Shown here: in pieces, positions 50,132 to 62,982 of the stretch
How the letters are laid out: each line of letters opens with the position of its first letter
Position numbering within the stretch: position 1 is the first letter of the stretch
DNA from: Lama glama
Taxonomy: Eukaryota
Direction: 5' to 3'
DNA: 64,000 nucleotides
Assembly: GCA_028534125.1 (NCBI GenBank)
Contig: CM052817.1
Span: forward strand, 103,604,001-103,668,000
Notes under the pieces: model-generated
Seen by the model: only the letters and a program-made list of their open reading frames with translations
The model's database searches: none
Told to the model about the DNA's origin: nothing
Program-made: the position numbers and the translations under genes

Positions 50132-51102
50132 TTATGGTAGAGAGTCTGAAGACAGCCACTGTCAGCTCCTTCTGCAACCACCCTACATGCTGCCCTCCCG
50201 TCAGGGGGTAGAATCCAGTTTTCCTCCAGTGAGATGGAGCTGGCCTTGGTGAACGGTTTGGCCCACAGTATGAAGTGGAAAGGATGTTCTGGTGCTTCTG
50301 AGGCTAAATCCTAAGTAGCTTGACAGCTTCCACATGAATCTCTTGAAAAGTTTGCTCTTTGGATGCTGTGTCTCAGCACTCAGCGACCAGCTGAGAGAAA
50401 CCCAGGCTACGTGGAGGGGTCACACACAGATGCTTGGGTGACAGTGCTGGCTGAGCTCCCAGGTGACAGCACCAACTGCCAGCCCTTTTGCATGACTATT
50501 TTAGAGGCTCAGTCCCTGTGATAACTCCAACACCAGACGCCATCTGACTGCAACCAGAAGGTGAGCCATGGTGAAGAGTACCCAGAGATGGCCTCCATCA
50601 GTTACTGCCCTCTCTGTGCACATGCTGCCCCTCATGTCAAGACATGGGGTCAAATTACTGTCTCTTTGAATCTGGGTTGGACTCAACGACCTGTTTGACC
50701 AACAGAATGCGGCAGAGGAGATGTTCTGGGACTTCTGAAGCTGTGTTGTAAGACGTCTTACAGTTTCTTCCTGGGTTCTCATTCTTGCAACACTCCCTTT
50801 CAGTATCTAGTAACCATCTTGTGAAAAATCTGAGCCACATGGAGAGATGTAATCAATGTTCCAGTTACCGCGTTAGTTAATAGCCAGTATCAACTGGCAC
50901 CTGTGAGTGGACCACCTTGCACACCCCGGAAGAACCTGCTGATGATTCTAGCTCCAGCCACCCTTGAGCTGTAAGCATATGAAAAATACCAAACAAGAAC
51001 TACCCAGTTGAGCCCAGTCAAGTCACAAAATTTTTAGAGATAAAATTTTTTTTTTTTACACCACTAATTTTCATGGTCATTTGTGGTGCGGTTAACTGGA
51101 AC
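50132..51102 (+). mobile_element. Two adjacent old MaLR LTRs (MLT1G/H-like)
   Basis: LTR 5' motif (acatgctgccc...ctggccttg/ttggactc...gatgttctgg...cttctga) occurs twice, from ~50132 and ~50570; ends taactggaaca. Confidence 0.75.
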
Positions 51103-51229
51103 ACTCATTGCATTTGCACTCATTAGTTTTGGCATGCCTGTTTATTTCTGAGCCAGTACTAAGCTGTTCAACACTGTGGTAGTAGAATACGTCTCAGGGC
51201 CAGTTTCCTATCATTACGGAACCCACGTA

Positions 51230-51480
51230 CCACGTGGGTCTGGGGTACATGCCCCAGAGTCAGATTAACTAGATTCAGATCCTAGCTCAACCTCTTGTAA
51301 ATGTATCCTAGAACGTTAGTTATTATGTGCCTCAGTTTCCTTAAAAAGCAAGTATAATAAAAACCACACATTTTATTTAGTTGTACAGAGGAATTAATGA
51401 AATAATTTATGTAAATTGCTTACTGGAGCACCAACCAATTTATCAGAGCTCAATGGATGTTAGCTATGATGATTATTCTT
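51230..51480. mobile_element. MIR SINE
   Basis: agattcagatcctagctc...tgtgcctcagtttcc...gctcaatggatgttagctat. Confidence 0.75.
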
Positions 51481-53309
51481 CTTTTTGATTCTTTTAGATC
51501 TTAGTAAAGACATTTAATTTCATTAGAAAGTGTTATTTTGTTATGAAAGTTAATTGATATGTTTTTCTATCTTTATTATATTGTTAAAAAGTCTTTGCAG
51601 TGCTTTAATGTTTGAACTTGTTTGGACGAAATATATCAAATAAATGTTAGCTTAGCTCTACTATTCTTTACAGAAAGCCCATGGATTTAGATGTTTTATA
51701 CTCAGAATCTTCTGTTTCAGGCAACTTAAAGGATTCATGTACCCTGTGTTATTTAACACTCTCAGAGGAAAGTCAGGCGAGTGTCCAGTTATCCAATATA
51801 CTGACAGTTCTACAGTAAAACTTATGAATATTTACACTAAGAGGAACAAAAAATGACTAAAAGTAGTCTCGCATCCACAGGGGTCACGTTTTATTACCAG
51901 ATGAATCCAAGTCAGGTCATGTTTCAGTGCCAAATTAATTACAGAAAAAAATTTCCTTTTTCAGAGTTTGTTGGATTTTGAAATTGCAAATAAGAGACTG
52001 GAGCAGCATACTTTCTTTGTGTATGAACTTCTTTGTGTCTGAACTCTGTGTGTGTGTTATGCATGATAACCTCTTCCTTGGAACCTCCACGTAGGAATCA
52101 TTAGTTGGGGTGCAGAAGTAAACAGACTAGCCCAGGATGGTACACAAAGTGACTGGGAAACGTCTGGCTGGATGTCTTGGAACACTCATTCTTAGAAACC
52201 GCACGTTTGCATTTTTTCTCATTGGTTTCATTTTTTCATTACTCGTGAGACTGTTTTTTATCCCCCCTCAAATAAGAGAAAACTAAAAACTAAAATCAAT
52301 TGCTGAAGTTCTCTCTTGCAAAACAACATAAATACTGCCAAATCTAGAAAACCTAGTAAGATATAGAGCCAATAATTTGAACAGAGTATCACAAACCTAA
52401 AAAAAAAAAGAAAACAAAACTGATTCAATTTATGATTCAAATTCTCTTGGAAAAAAAAATAGATAAGCTGGTGAAAATGCCAATTTGGTGATTTCTTTTT
52501 TTAGTAGCACCAACTGTTAACAAAATGTAGAATAAGATATCATTGCATAGAGGCTTATAGTAACCAGGAATATTTTTTCTCAAATATTCAAATTTAAAGA
52601 TATAGATCCACAGACCTGTACATATTCCTTGGGTATTATTAAAAAGATGGCCAGAGCTTTACGCTCATCTCTTATCTTATGACTTTGGGGAGAACTTGGA
52701 GACTGCAGTTTATGCAGGTGGGTGTGAATAAAGTAGAGGGTATTGAAAGCAATAGAACTGATAAGAGAGGTAGAAATGTAGTCTATATATTTTCAGTGAA
52801 TCCACAGAGCTAGAGAAAAATGTGACACTTGTTCAGTAACTACAACAAGAACAACTGCGGTCCTTAAACTTTTTATCCTAGAATTTGATAAATGTATAGT
52901 TCCTCTCCCCTATAAGATGTATTGATGTATATCTAAATTTCTCACATCATTTTATAGATGATTTACATACTAATTAACTCAGCCAGTGTCCCTTCATGCC
53001 TGGTTTAAATAAAACCTGATAATTATCCAAGCTGGGATATAAGTCTTGCCCTTCCTGCTCCAATCTAACATCCTTAAAAAGAAAAAGATGTAAAAGAAAG
53101 AAATGGCTGTAGCATTCAATGGTAATGTTGGTTACGGCTTAATTTTAGAATTTTGGAACATCCTATTCTGACTCTTGGGAAGGGATTAAGAGAAAAGTTC
53201 TTTTAAATTATATAATTTTTATTAAGTTATAGAATTAATATAACATTGTAGGCAAGTTAAAAGATGAAAAATTATTTAATAGGCTTTCTGTGCACACTCG
53301 GATGCAAAA

Positions 53310-53560
53310 TATGTGAGGGACATTAAGAGGTACAAACTTCCAGTCACAGAGTAAATGAGTTCACAGGGATGAAGTGTTCAGTGTGAGAAATATAGTCAAG
53401 AACATTGTACTATCCTTGTATGGTGACAGATGGTACCTAGACATTAGGGGGACCATTTTGCAACACACAGTAAGATCAAAACACTGTGTTGTGTTGTGTT
53501 CCTGGAAATAACACAGTGTTGTAGGTCGATAAAGAAATACATTTAAATGAATTCATAAGA
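53310..53560 (+). mobile_element. L1 3' UTR fragment (L1MA9-like)
   Basis: ttaagaggtacaaacttccagt...tgtatggtgacagatggtacctagac. Confidence 0.8.
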
Positions 53561-53768
53561 AAAATAAAAATCTTTCTATGAAAAAAAAATATCGCTCAGA
53601 GGATCCCAATTAAAGTTTGGTTAAGAAGAGATTCCTTCAGATTCTTGGCACAGATTATCAAATTCCTTTATAAAGATACTAAGATACTAAGTAATAAAGA
53701 GAGGGCCATGTCACAAACATCACACTGGTAAACTTTAAAAGATAATTAAAAGATAAAAGTGGTACCAC

Positions 53769-54135
53769 CTGCACGAATGACCCTTGCTAACACATGGATA
53801 AGCTTGAAAATATTGATAAAGAAGCCAATCACAGAAACCCATATATTATATGATTCCACTTACATGAAATGTCCGTAATGGGCAAACCCATAGAGATAGA
53901 AAGTAGATTGGTGGTTGCCTAGGGCAGGCTGGTTTGGTGAGAAATATGCGGCTTCTTTTTGGGGTGCTGAAAATATTCAAAAAATGACTGTGTAGGTTGT
54001 TGTAGAGTTTTGTGAATGTATCAAAAGTCATTGAATTGTGCACTTGAAATATATATATATATTTATTTATTTGTGGTATGCACTAGGATATATTGTATGG
54101 TATGTGAATTATATCCCAACAAAGTGGTTTATAAA
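53769..54135 (+). mobile_element. L1MB-like 3' end with intact TSD
   Basis: aacacatggataagcttgaaaat...agtagattggtggttgcctagggc...tatgtgaattatatcccaacaaag; exact TSD aaaagtggtaccac (53755-53768 / 54136-54149). Confidence 0.88.
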
Positions 54136-54151
54136 AAAAGTGGTACCACTG

Positions 54152-54275
54152 TTTATTTGGGGAGAGGAAAGAATTAGGTTTATTTGTTTATTTTTTAATG
54201 GAGGTGCTGGAGACTGAACCCACGACCTCATGCGTGCGAGGCATGCACTCTACCACTGAGCTACACCTTCCTGCC
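54152..54275 (-). mobile_element. tRNA-Ala-derived SINE
   Basis: atggaggtgctggagactgaacccacgacc...tctaccactgagctacacc with aattaggttt linker. Confidence 0.88.
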
Positions 54276-55373
54276 ATACCACATTCTTAAGTATTTTTAA
54301 GTTTTGTTTATCACCAAATAAGACTGAAAATGTTTCCTTTCTAAATTGTATTTCCACTTTTAAAAGTTTGAACTAACTTAAACAGCACATTTTAAAAGAC
54401 TTTTTGCTTATAAATGATTAAAATAATCTATATATAGTAACCGCGGTAAAGTGTAAAAAATAAGCACATCTTTTAACAGAAAAAAAATGTGCTTTTGGAA
54501 AATGCAACACTTATTTCAGTCTTTGGGAAAACTGAGCGAACTGTTATAATATAATATTGAGGCTGTTTTGCATTAAAAATACAACAGATTGAAGAGACGA
54601 ATAGGCCAGAATAATAGAAATTGTAATCAAATACAGAATACCTTAACTTGAAGACGGTCTGTTCACTGTCATTTTCACTCAGTCCTTATTTGTAACTGAA
54701 TTAATATTTTATTGCTATTTTACCATTATATTTGAAGTTAATCCTTGTCTTTGGAAATGTAATGGATAGCTTTTTAGAAAAGGGACCTATTATGCTTTCA
54801 TTAGGTTTAGTACTTTATAGATGTGTATGTTCTGGAAATATGAATGGTGAATAAAAATAACAAAGGCACAGAAATTGAGGCTCCCGGAGGGAGTGGCCTC
54901 ACTGTGTGCGAACTTAGTGTCAGCGCCCCGGCAGTTCTTAAGAAACGTAAAGCAAAAGTATTTCTTTCACCTGCTTTGCAGGCTTATCAAGTGGTGTCAT
55001 GTGCAGACTCTGAGGGATGACATTTATCCAATAATCAGATATTTAACTGCTCTTTGAGGTACTGTTTGGAAATGTGTAATCAACAGCTCAGTCTCCAGCT
55101 TTATTAGACAAAACCCCAGGTGACAACAAATTTCAAGTAAATCTCTTTCAGTTCTTCTATGGTATTTTGAACTTCAATTAAATCAAAGGAGTCAGGAAAA
55201 GTAAAGAAGTCAGTAAAAGTAAAAAAGCCTAACATGGGAAGTAGACATTTCAGTAGTGGATTATTTAGGAAAGTAAGCCTTAAACAATTTATTATTCCTT
55301 TTAGAATTATGTTCCTAAGAGATTTTTTGCCATTTTCTGCCTGCCACTCTTCCCTGAAATCAAGTTCAGAATG

Positions 55374-55785
55374 GATGGTAGACAGAATTCCAAGATTTCC
55401 CACCCCACTGGTGTACACATCCGCACAATCCGCATACTTATTCCCATAATTAGATGATCATAGAGGGCTCTTTGACTTTCAAATAGAGAGATTGTCTGAC
55501 CTAATCACTTGAGTCCAATAAAAGCTGTTTTCTCCAGCTGGTCACAGAAAAAAAGAAGCTCCAAGTGTGAGACGGACTTGACACATCATCGCTGGCTTAA
55601 AGATGGAGGGAAACCACGTGGCACAGAATTTCAAGTGGACCCCGGCTGACAGCCAGCAAGGAAATGGGGGCGGAAATCGTACGTTGCAGTTGAGTTCTGC
55701 CAAGAGTAAGAATGAAGTGAATTTTGCCCAGAGCCTCCACACGAGAACTCCGTCTAGCTGATACCTTGATTTCAGACTAGTATTT
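55374..55785 (+). mobile_element. MaLR LTR (MLT1D/E-like)
   Basis: tggtagacagaattccaagat...ctgacagccagcaaggaaatgggg...ccagagcctcc...ctgataccttgatttcag. Confidence 0.75.
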
Positions 55786-55859
55786 CGGTTTATTAGAGGT
55801 ACCAGTACCCAATCTATTATCACAGTATAGAATCTGGGCTTTAATCTGAGGGAGGAACA

Positions 55860-56310
55860 GCCTACCTTTTTCCTTCTTCACCTGGTGAACTTCTACTCAT
55901 CCTTCCTATCTGAGCTCAGGTGTCACCTCCACCAGGAAGCTGTCCCTGCTTACCTCAGTTTCCGAGGTAACATACACATCAATCAACATGATGTGCTGAG
56001 ATTCTTGGTTTACTGATTATCACTCCTCTTAGACAATGAATTTTTTTGAGTACAGAGATAGTATATATACATACGTACACATATTGATATATTTATAATG
56101 CTTAAAAATTAATAGGACTCAAAGGTATTGATTTCCAGTCTTTCACTTACTATTTGCATGAATTCGACTAATAATCTTTCTGGCTTTCATTTTCCACTTG
56201 AGTAAAATGGGGAAGTTAATATCTGATTGGTATAAAAATTAAATAAGAGGAAACTTATATAAAGCCCATTGCCTTGTATATAGTGGATATGTAATAACTA
56301 TTAGTTCATA
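55860..56310. mobile_element. L2 3' end followed by MIR
   Basis: cacctggtgaacttctactcatccttc...tcacctccaccaggaagc (L2); ttcattttccacttgagtaaaatgggg (MIR core). Confidence 0.65.
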
Positions 56311-56643
56311 ACATCCTCGCTTCAAAGTTACAAGTGATGATTCATATTTATGTATTTATGAAACTTAAACGAAACTAAAATCAAAATACAATTTCAAACA
56401 CCTCTGTTTTCTAATAGCAAACTTCAGATACAGTGGAGAATACAAAGGAAACTTCAGAAATAGTACAGTAAAAAGTCAGCCTCTGATTGCGTCGCTGGCT
56501 AAGAGGATCACAGTCCATGACCACATATGAAAGTTTCTTAAACATATGAAATAAAGAGCAGCAGAATTCATCCGCCTCAAATTAGTGCTGAGAACATCCC
56601 CTTCCTGTAACCACATTACGTCATCCATCCGTGAGGTGCACTG

Positions 56644-57143
56644 NNNNNNNNNNNNNNNNNNNNNNNNNNNNNNNNNNNNNNNNNNNNNNNNNNNNNNNNN
56701 NNNNNNNNNNNNNNNNNNNNNNNNNNNNNNNNNNNNNNNNNNNNNNNNNNNNNNNNNNNNNNNNNNNNNNNNNNNNNNNNNNNNNNNNNNNNNNNNNNNN
56801 NNNNNNNNNNNNNNNNNNNNNNNNNNNNNNNNNNNNNNNNNNNNNNNNNNNNNNNNNNNNNNNNNNNNNNNNNNNNNNNNNNNNNNNNNNNNNNNNNNNN
56901 NNNNNNNNNNNNNNNNNNNNNNNNNNNNNNNNNNNNNNNNNNNNNNNNNNNNNNNNNNNNNNNNNNNNNNNNNNNNNNNNNNNNNNNNNNNNNNNNNNNN
57001 NNNNNNNNNNNNNNNNNNNNNNNNNNNNNNNNNNNNNNNNNNNNNNNNNNNNNNNNNNNNNNNNNNNNNNNNNNNNNNNNNNNNNNNNNNNNNNNNNNNN
57101 NNNNNNNNNNNNNNNNNNNNNNNNNNNNNNNNNNNNNNNNNNN
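56644..57143. other. Assembly gap (500 N)
   Basis: Run of N. Confidence 1.
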
Positions 57144-59559
57144 AAATTATTTTATATATATATAAAGCTATTCTATGCTCCACCCTCATATACCATATGC
57201 TTCATTGCTCAACCTAAGGAGGTTTTAGAATTCTGCAAATGAGCCTATGCTGTATTTCTTGAAAGTTCACAAGTCCTATAATTGTTAAAATAAATATGAC
57301 TTAATCTGAGCTCGTGATTAGTGCTTCCTCACTAAGTAACAGTCTAATCTGCATTCATTATTGATCTCATCAGAAAAGAATATCAATACATACAATTCTA
57401 GTATAAATAAATTACTTACCACCAATTAACAAGGGTGTGAAAATAGCTTGCTATGGCATCAAAAATAAAGATGCACAAAGAACAGAATTTGCTCCCTGGA
57501 CCACTGTGGGTTATGAAAGAACCATCTGCTGCAGAATTTCTGGGCAGTGAACCTCTAAGCTGAATATCATGACAGTAACTCAAATTATCTTAAGAAACCA
57601 TGTCAGAGGTCACAGCGTCAAATGCCTCTAGGTGCTAGACGATGATGTGGGACAAGAGTAAGAATTTGGTTTTTTTTTTTTTTTACCCCATGAAGTACTC
57701 AGTCCTCTTAATAGCTTTTATTTTCCAGCTTTCAATAGAGATCGTAGTGTAAGAGAGATTCACTTTTCTCTTAGACCTGTTCTAAGCAGAACATACAGGC
57801 AAACGGCACAGCGGTGCCTGGAGCTCTGGGCACGGGAGGCATCGTGGAAATGAGGGTGACAGCGATCTGGACGTAACGCTCCCACCTAAGGGTGAGCCTC
57901 TTCTCAGCCTTCACTCTTTGCCAGCTTGAGGGGATGTGGATTCAACCTTACCGTTTTTAGGTGCAGTCTTCTCATTTTTTAGGTTTGAACTAACACACAA
58001 ATTTTTTAAAAGTGCCAACTAAAGGCTGTGGACAGAATTTGGCCTGTGGGCCACTGGTTTACAGCCACTTAGCTGTGCCTTGATTTCTGGGCGAGATCTC
58101 TGACCTAAGGTCCTGTCCGGAGTAATCAGTCATCTACCAGACTTCTCTACTGCGAAGTTCACAGTCCTCACGTTCCACAAGAACGTAAAGCCAGACCAGT
58201 CTTCTCTGGCAAACCCTCCCTTCTGCTGGTAGAGCATCTGACCTCACACCCTTGTCTGCTCAGCTGTTCTAGCTCCAAATTGGCAATAACTCTGGACCTG
58301 TCTAGCTTGGTCCATAACCACATTATTCATTCTTCTCCAGTAGTCTGTGCATCTCCACCTGGGCGTGTGTGGAAGATCCCTGTCATTCTCCACCTGCCCT
58401 TCCTCCTCTGCCACCAGTACCATCTTTTAAACTGAAACCTGATCATGTAAATCCTGAGCTGGAAAACTTTAAGTGACATCCGGTTGATATAAGGATGGAG
58501 TCCCAAGTTTAACGTGGTTTATAGCACCTCCATGATTTGGCCCCCATTCAATCATTCACTTGACACCAGGCCAACATCTCCGCTGTTGGCACTACTTTCT
58601 GGGTGTGACTCAAAGCGTTGCTTTCGACACATGTGCACCTATCAACGGATTTACTGTCAGTTTTTCCACTTAATACCTGAGACCTGTCATGTCCCAGGTG
58701 GTATTCTAGGTGCTGAGGGAACAAAGGTTCCTGTGGTCTCTGTCTCAATGCTGTCATTTATAATAAAAATTGGGACAGAAAAAGGAAATCTTTCCATTTC
58801 CACCACCATCAGTGGTCTGGTCATCTCATTTTTCTTCTCTTTTTTAAAGTAATGTTGAAAATGTGAGTATGAGTGAGTCTTGTGGGTTTTATTTCAGCTT
58901 TTGAAATGTAGTGCCCTACTGTTAATAATATGTTCATACTGTTCCGATTTGCAATATGGCCTCAAGTCCCCAAAGGGTGGTGTTGGACTGATTAGGTAAA
59001 CGGAAGCTTATATCCGCGAGGGCCACCTGGTAGGGCAGTCTCAGAGCTTCGCTGTGGCAGAGCACCTGTCACTCAGTCTCCCCTAGAACATGCCTCAAAC
59101 TTCTTCCAGCTCCATAAACTGCACACAAACTCCGTGCCTCCCCTGTACCCCATCACCCCTTTCTCTGCATCGTAAGCGAGCTTCTTGAGCACGTTTTTCT
59201 GTATGCCTGGTGTCGGAAAGACCGTGCTCGGTGCTAGGAGAGGCGGGGTAATCCTGAGCATCGACGTGGAGAGGGAGGCAGACAAGGAACGTGACCCAGA
59301 AGTGTGGAGAAAGGAGGAAAGGCAGAGATGCGGTTGAACAGACCTGGTCCTTAAAACTGTGTCGGGTTTCACAGGGCAGGAAAGGAAACAAAGACTGTTC
59401 CAGTCTGTGGAATATTCAGGGAGATTTGGAGTGTGAGGGTACATCTTGCTTTCTGGGCGGGGACGGGGTCGGGGCAGCATCGTCTGTGTGGCTCCTTATG
59501 GGGGGTTGAGGCTGTGGACGGGGACAGGCAGCAGGATCCAGCCGGGCTGAGGTCAACTC

Positions 59560-59920
59560 ACCTTACAGAGGGTGGGGAAGGAGGGTCTGACAAGGAGTGG
59601 GACAGAGGCACGCTCTGAGTTCCCAGGTAGACAGCTCCAAGAAATTCAAAGGCACCATCGCGCATCTGCGAGACCAAGGCCCCTCCCGTCCCCCCAACCC
59701 CAGCTGCAGCCTTAGACGTGCAGCTGTCCTTCCCGAGCTACAGCATCGCGCTAAGTATGGCTCCAGATGGAGAAATATCCCTCCCCGCAGAAGCCACTAA
59801 CAATTCCCGCGCGCCCTCGGCGCGGAGCGTGCTGTGGTCCGGCCGGCGGCAGGACACAGCAGAGAAAGGAGCGGAAACCTGTCAATTTGCCCTCAGAGGG
59901 TTCTAGGAGCACGGGCTTCA
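59560..59920. promoter_or_regulatory. CpG-rich patch, candidate promoter/enhancer
   Basis: Visibly the most CpG-dense part of the window (cccgcgcgccctcggcgcggagcg...ccggccggcggc), ETS-like GCGGAA at 59871, minus-strand donor AAG|GTGAGT at 59556-59564. Confidence 0.55.
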
Positions 59921-62753
59921 GCAGGTTTTAAAAACAACATTTACAGCTTCAGTAAAATGGATAAAGGCTTCCTCACTGTGACGCGTTGAAATGTGATTTG
60001 ATATTCACCAGAGATAAAGTAGACCTAGTGAGCGTCCCCCTAGAGATGGAGATGGAGATGGTATCGCCTGAGATGAATCCAGGGCACCATCTTTGAATCA
60101 GGATCTGGGTGAGTGGGAGGAGGTGGGGAGCAGGTCAAGGGTTCGAGCATGAAGGGAGCAAATATGAAATAGAATTTAAGTCACATCGCCTAATGGGTTT
60201 TTTTTAGGTACCGCTGTGCATTTGAGAATCGAGAGAAAGGCGGGAGCAGGGCTTCGAGGGGCCTTAGCTTGCTCACTTCCATCGTTCACAGGCTGCATGG
60301 CATCCGTATAGCTGACCCCAATTCTAATAGGGCTACGTGCTCGTTTACTCACAGCAGAATATAAAACAATATGCAATTTCATCTTCCTTATTTATCTCTT
60401 CCCTATCCAGTGAGCAGCAGACTTGCACGTAATGAAAGATCCCAGGCATCTAGCCCCAAATGGAGGGTCTGGTTGTGATCCATCATTATGACATTTCAGC
60501 CTCAGCAAACGTGGCCACTCACAGGGGACACAAAACAGTAGGAGACTCGGAGGGGGCAGCATTTTATGAGCCATAAATCAATAAGAGAAGGGGTTGGGGA
60601 GGGTAGTGATGGAGTACTTCCTCCATCAGCCAGCAGCAGCATAATTTCATCTCAAGCTCAATCAACATTCTTTTATATTGTATTTTTTTTTCTTTTAGAA
60701 CGACTATCTGAATGTCGTATGTCTTTGTCACTGAGGAACTACATGAAGACTTTTACATCAGAAGAAATCTAAGATAGCGTACAGGGGAGGCATGGCATTT
60801 ATGTGCAGTTTATGGAGCTGGAGGAAGTTTGAGGCATGTTCTAGGGGAGACTGAGTCATTGCCAACAGCTCTGTCACAGTGATGCTCTGAGATTGCCCTA
60901 CCAGGTGGCTCTTGTGGGTATAATCTTTTATTTACCCAGTTGGTCCAACAACACCCTCTGGGGACTTGAAGCCATATTGCAAATTGGAAGAGCATCTTCA
61001 TTATTAACAATAGAGGACTATATTTCAAAAAAAAACAAAATAAAACCCACAAGACTCATTCATACTTGCATTTTCAACATTACTAAAAAAGTGAGACAAA
61101 AATCCTCCTTGGAAGATAAATCAGAGAAAGGGAACATAGAGGCTTTAGTTTGATTGGTTGGTTATAAAACCAAGCAGAATTTCCTTCTGGTGTTGCTTTG
61201 CATTTTAACAGAAACAAAACAAAAATGACACCACAGATAAGATGCAGAGTTCTATACAGGAATCAAGGAAAGGACAGGCCATCTAAGGGAAAAAATAAGA
61301 CGATGACACAAGGGGAGAGCTGGACAGCCCAGGTCAGGGCTCTTGGCTGGAGACCCGCTTGAAGTAGATTTCTTGCAGGCACTTCTTAAAAGCTGTGGGT
61401 CTTTTCCAGAGCTCGGCTGCATGTGTTAGATTTTATGAGTTGAATTATCACTGGATCAAATCTGGAGAAAGACCCTGCAGAGAAGATTAGATCTCATATA
61501 CTACAGGTACATTGTAAAGGTGGAACTATTAAAAAATCTTACTGTAAAGAAAACTGAGAAAAGGGATTCAGGGCTTAGGCCACCTATAAAGGGTTTATTT
61601 GAATAGTGTAAAATAAATGGATACATATTAGAGAATGAAGGCTGAAGGTTAAAAATTAGAAAGAAATCAGATGTGTCAAAGATAACAGGGGGTATAAAGT
61701 AACTGGAGAAAGCACTTAAAATAAGATGTTTGCTCTAGCTGGGACCCTAATTGCCAAGTTTGACGAGCCTCTGGATATGCAGTTACTGGGTTCTCTGACA
61801 CTCAACATGCCAGTCTAGGTTCAGTCATCCAAGCCTTGAGCCTGAGTTGCTCAGATCATCCCTAAACCCTCTAGGGTACTTGCTTCACAGTTAGCAAAGG
61901 GAGTCCAACTTGAATCCAGTGCTAGTGGGATTTCCTGGCCCTGAGTTAAAAAGCTGTCGAGAAACGTTCCAGTTAGTCATTAGTGCTTGTGAAAGAACAC
62001 GGGACCAGACGGCCAGGGGGAGGTTCCCCACATTTCTTCTCCGAGACACAACATCCTGATTGATTGCTTGTGCTTTCCGATCACTCCAGGAAGCAGTTAA
62101 ACACAACCTCTCATTTTGCTGAAATGAAAAATGAGACAGAGACATTGTAAGACATTAATTTCATGCCATAAATAAAGGTCACATTACATTTAGGCAAATA
62201 AATAATTCCTGGAAAGTGTCATTCTATTAGAATAGAAACTCAATTGGAACCAACTTGAGTTAAAGACAAAGGATACAGGGTCTCTTCTGACTCCAAGAGC
62301 GGGATTCTGCACGGCCTTTGGAGGGCGGCGTGGACTGGAGTGGAACCCCCTTTGAGCATCTGCTTTATTCCTCTTTTGCTTTTGCAGATCACTTTTCTCT
62401 ATTTCCCAGCCCACGTGGTAGTTTCAAATATATGATGAAGCTCAAAAATAGAAAACAAGGATGGGTGAGAGAGGATTCTGGAGGTCAAGGGAAGAGGTTG
62501 GCATAAATTCACAAAAGGACCTTAATAAGCCTAAAACAAAACGAGAACAATCACAAAAGGCAGAGATGGATAAGGGAAAGGTGATTGTTGGCGGAACTTG
62601 GGCACTGAAATGTGTGTGAATCCCTTTCTACTCTTCAATGCACCAGGGGTCTGTCCACTTACACTGGAAGAGTTTAAGAGGGACGTTGTGTCCCCAGGGA
62701 AAACCAGGCTTCATCTGTGGTGAGGGAAGCACAGTGTCTGATCTTCAGAGGAA

Positions 62754-62847
62754 CTTTCTTTTTAAACTGGAGGCACTGGAGATTGAACCCAGGACCTTGT
62801 GCATGCTAACCATGCGCTCTGCCACTGAGCTAGACCCCGCCCCCCAG
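62754..62847 (-). mobile_element. tRNA-Ala-derived SINE, short form
   Basis: Head plus short tail; exact TSD tcttcagaggaa (62742-62753 / 62848-62859). Confidence 0.92.
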
Positions 62848-62982
62848 TCTTCAGAGGAATGTTGTTTATGACTCTGTGATGCAAGGATCTGCAGAGAGGC
62901 CGTGAGAGGGGTTTGCACAGACTGCAAATAAACCAGAGATGTCTGTCCATAAACCGTTGACTTTTTTAAAAAAAAAAGTGAA

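Noticed and set aside
56476..57242. ORFs of 203-237 aa
   Set aside because: Artefacts of the second N gap
60031..60047. Second CTCF-like motif (reverse: atctctagggggacgct)
   Set aside because: Mismatches at key core positions; too weak to call without a PWM score or ChIP
2095..60857. Scattered AP-1 sites (TGAG/CTCA) across the window
   Set aside because: A 7-mer with two variants is expected several times in 64 kb; only clustered instances were kept
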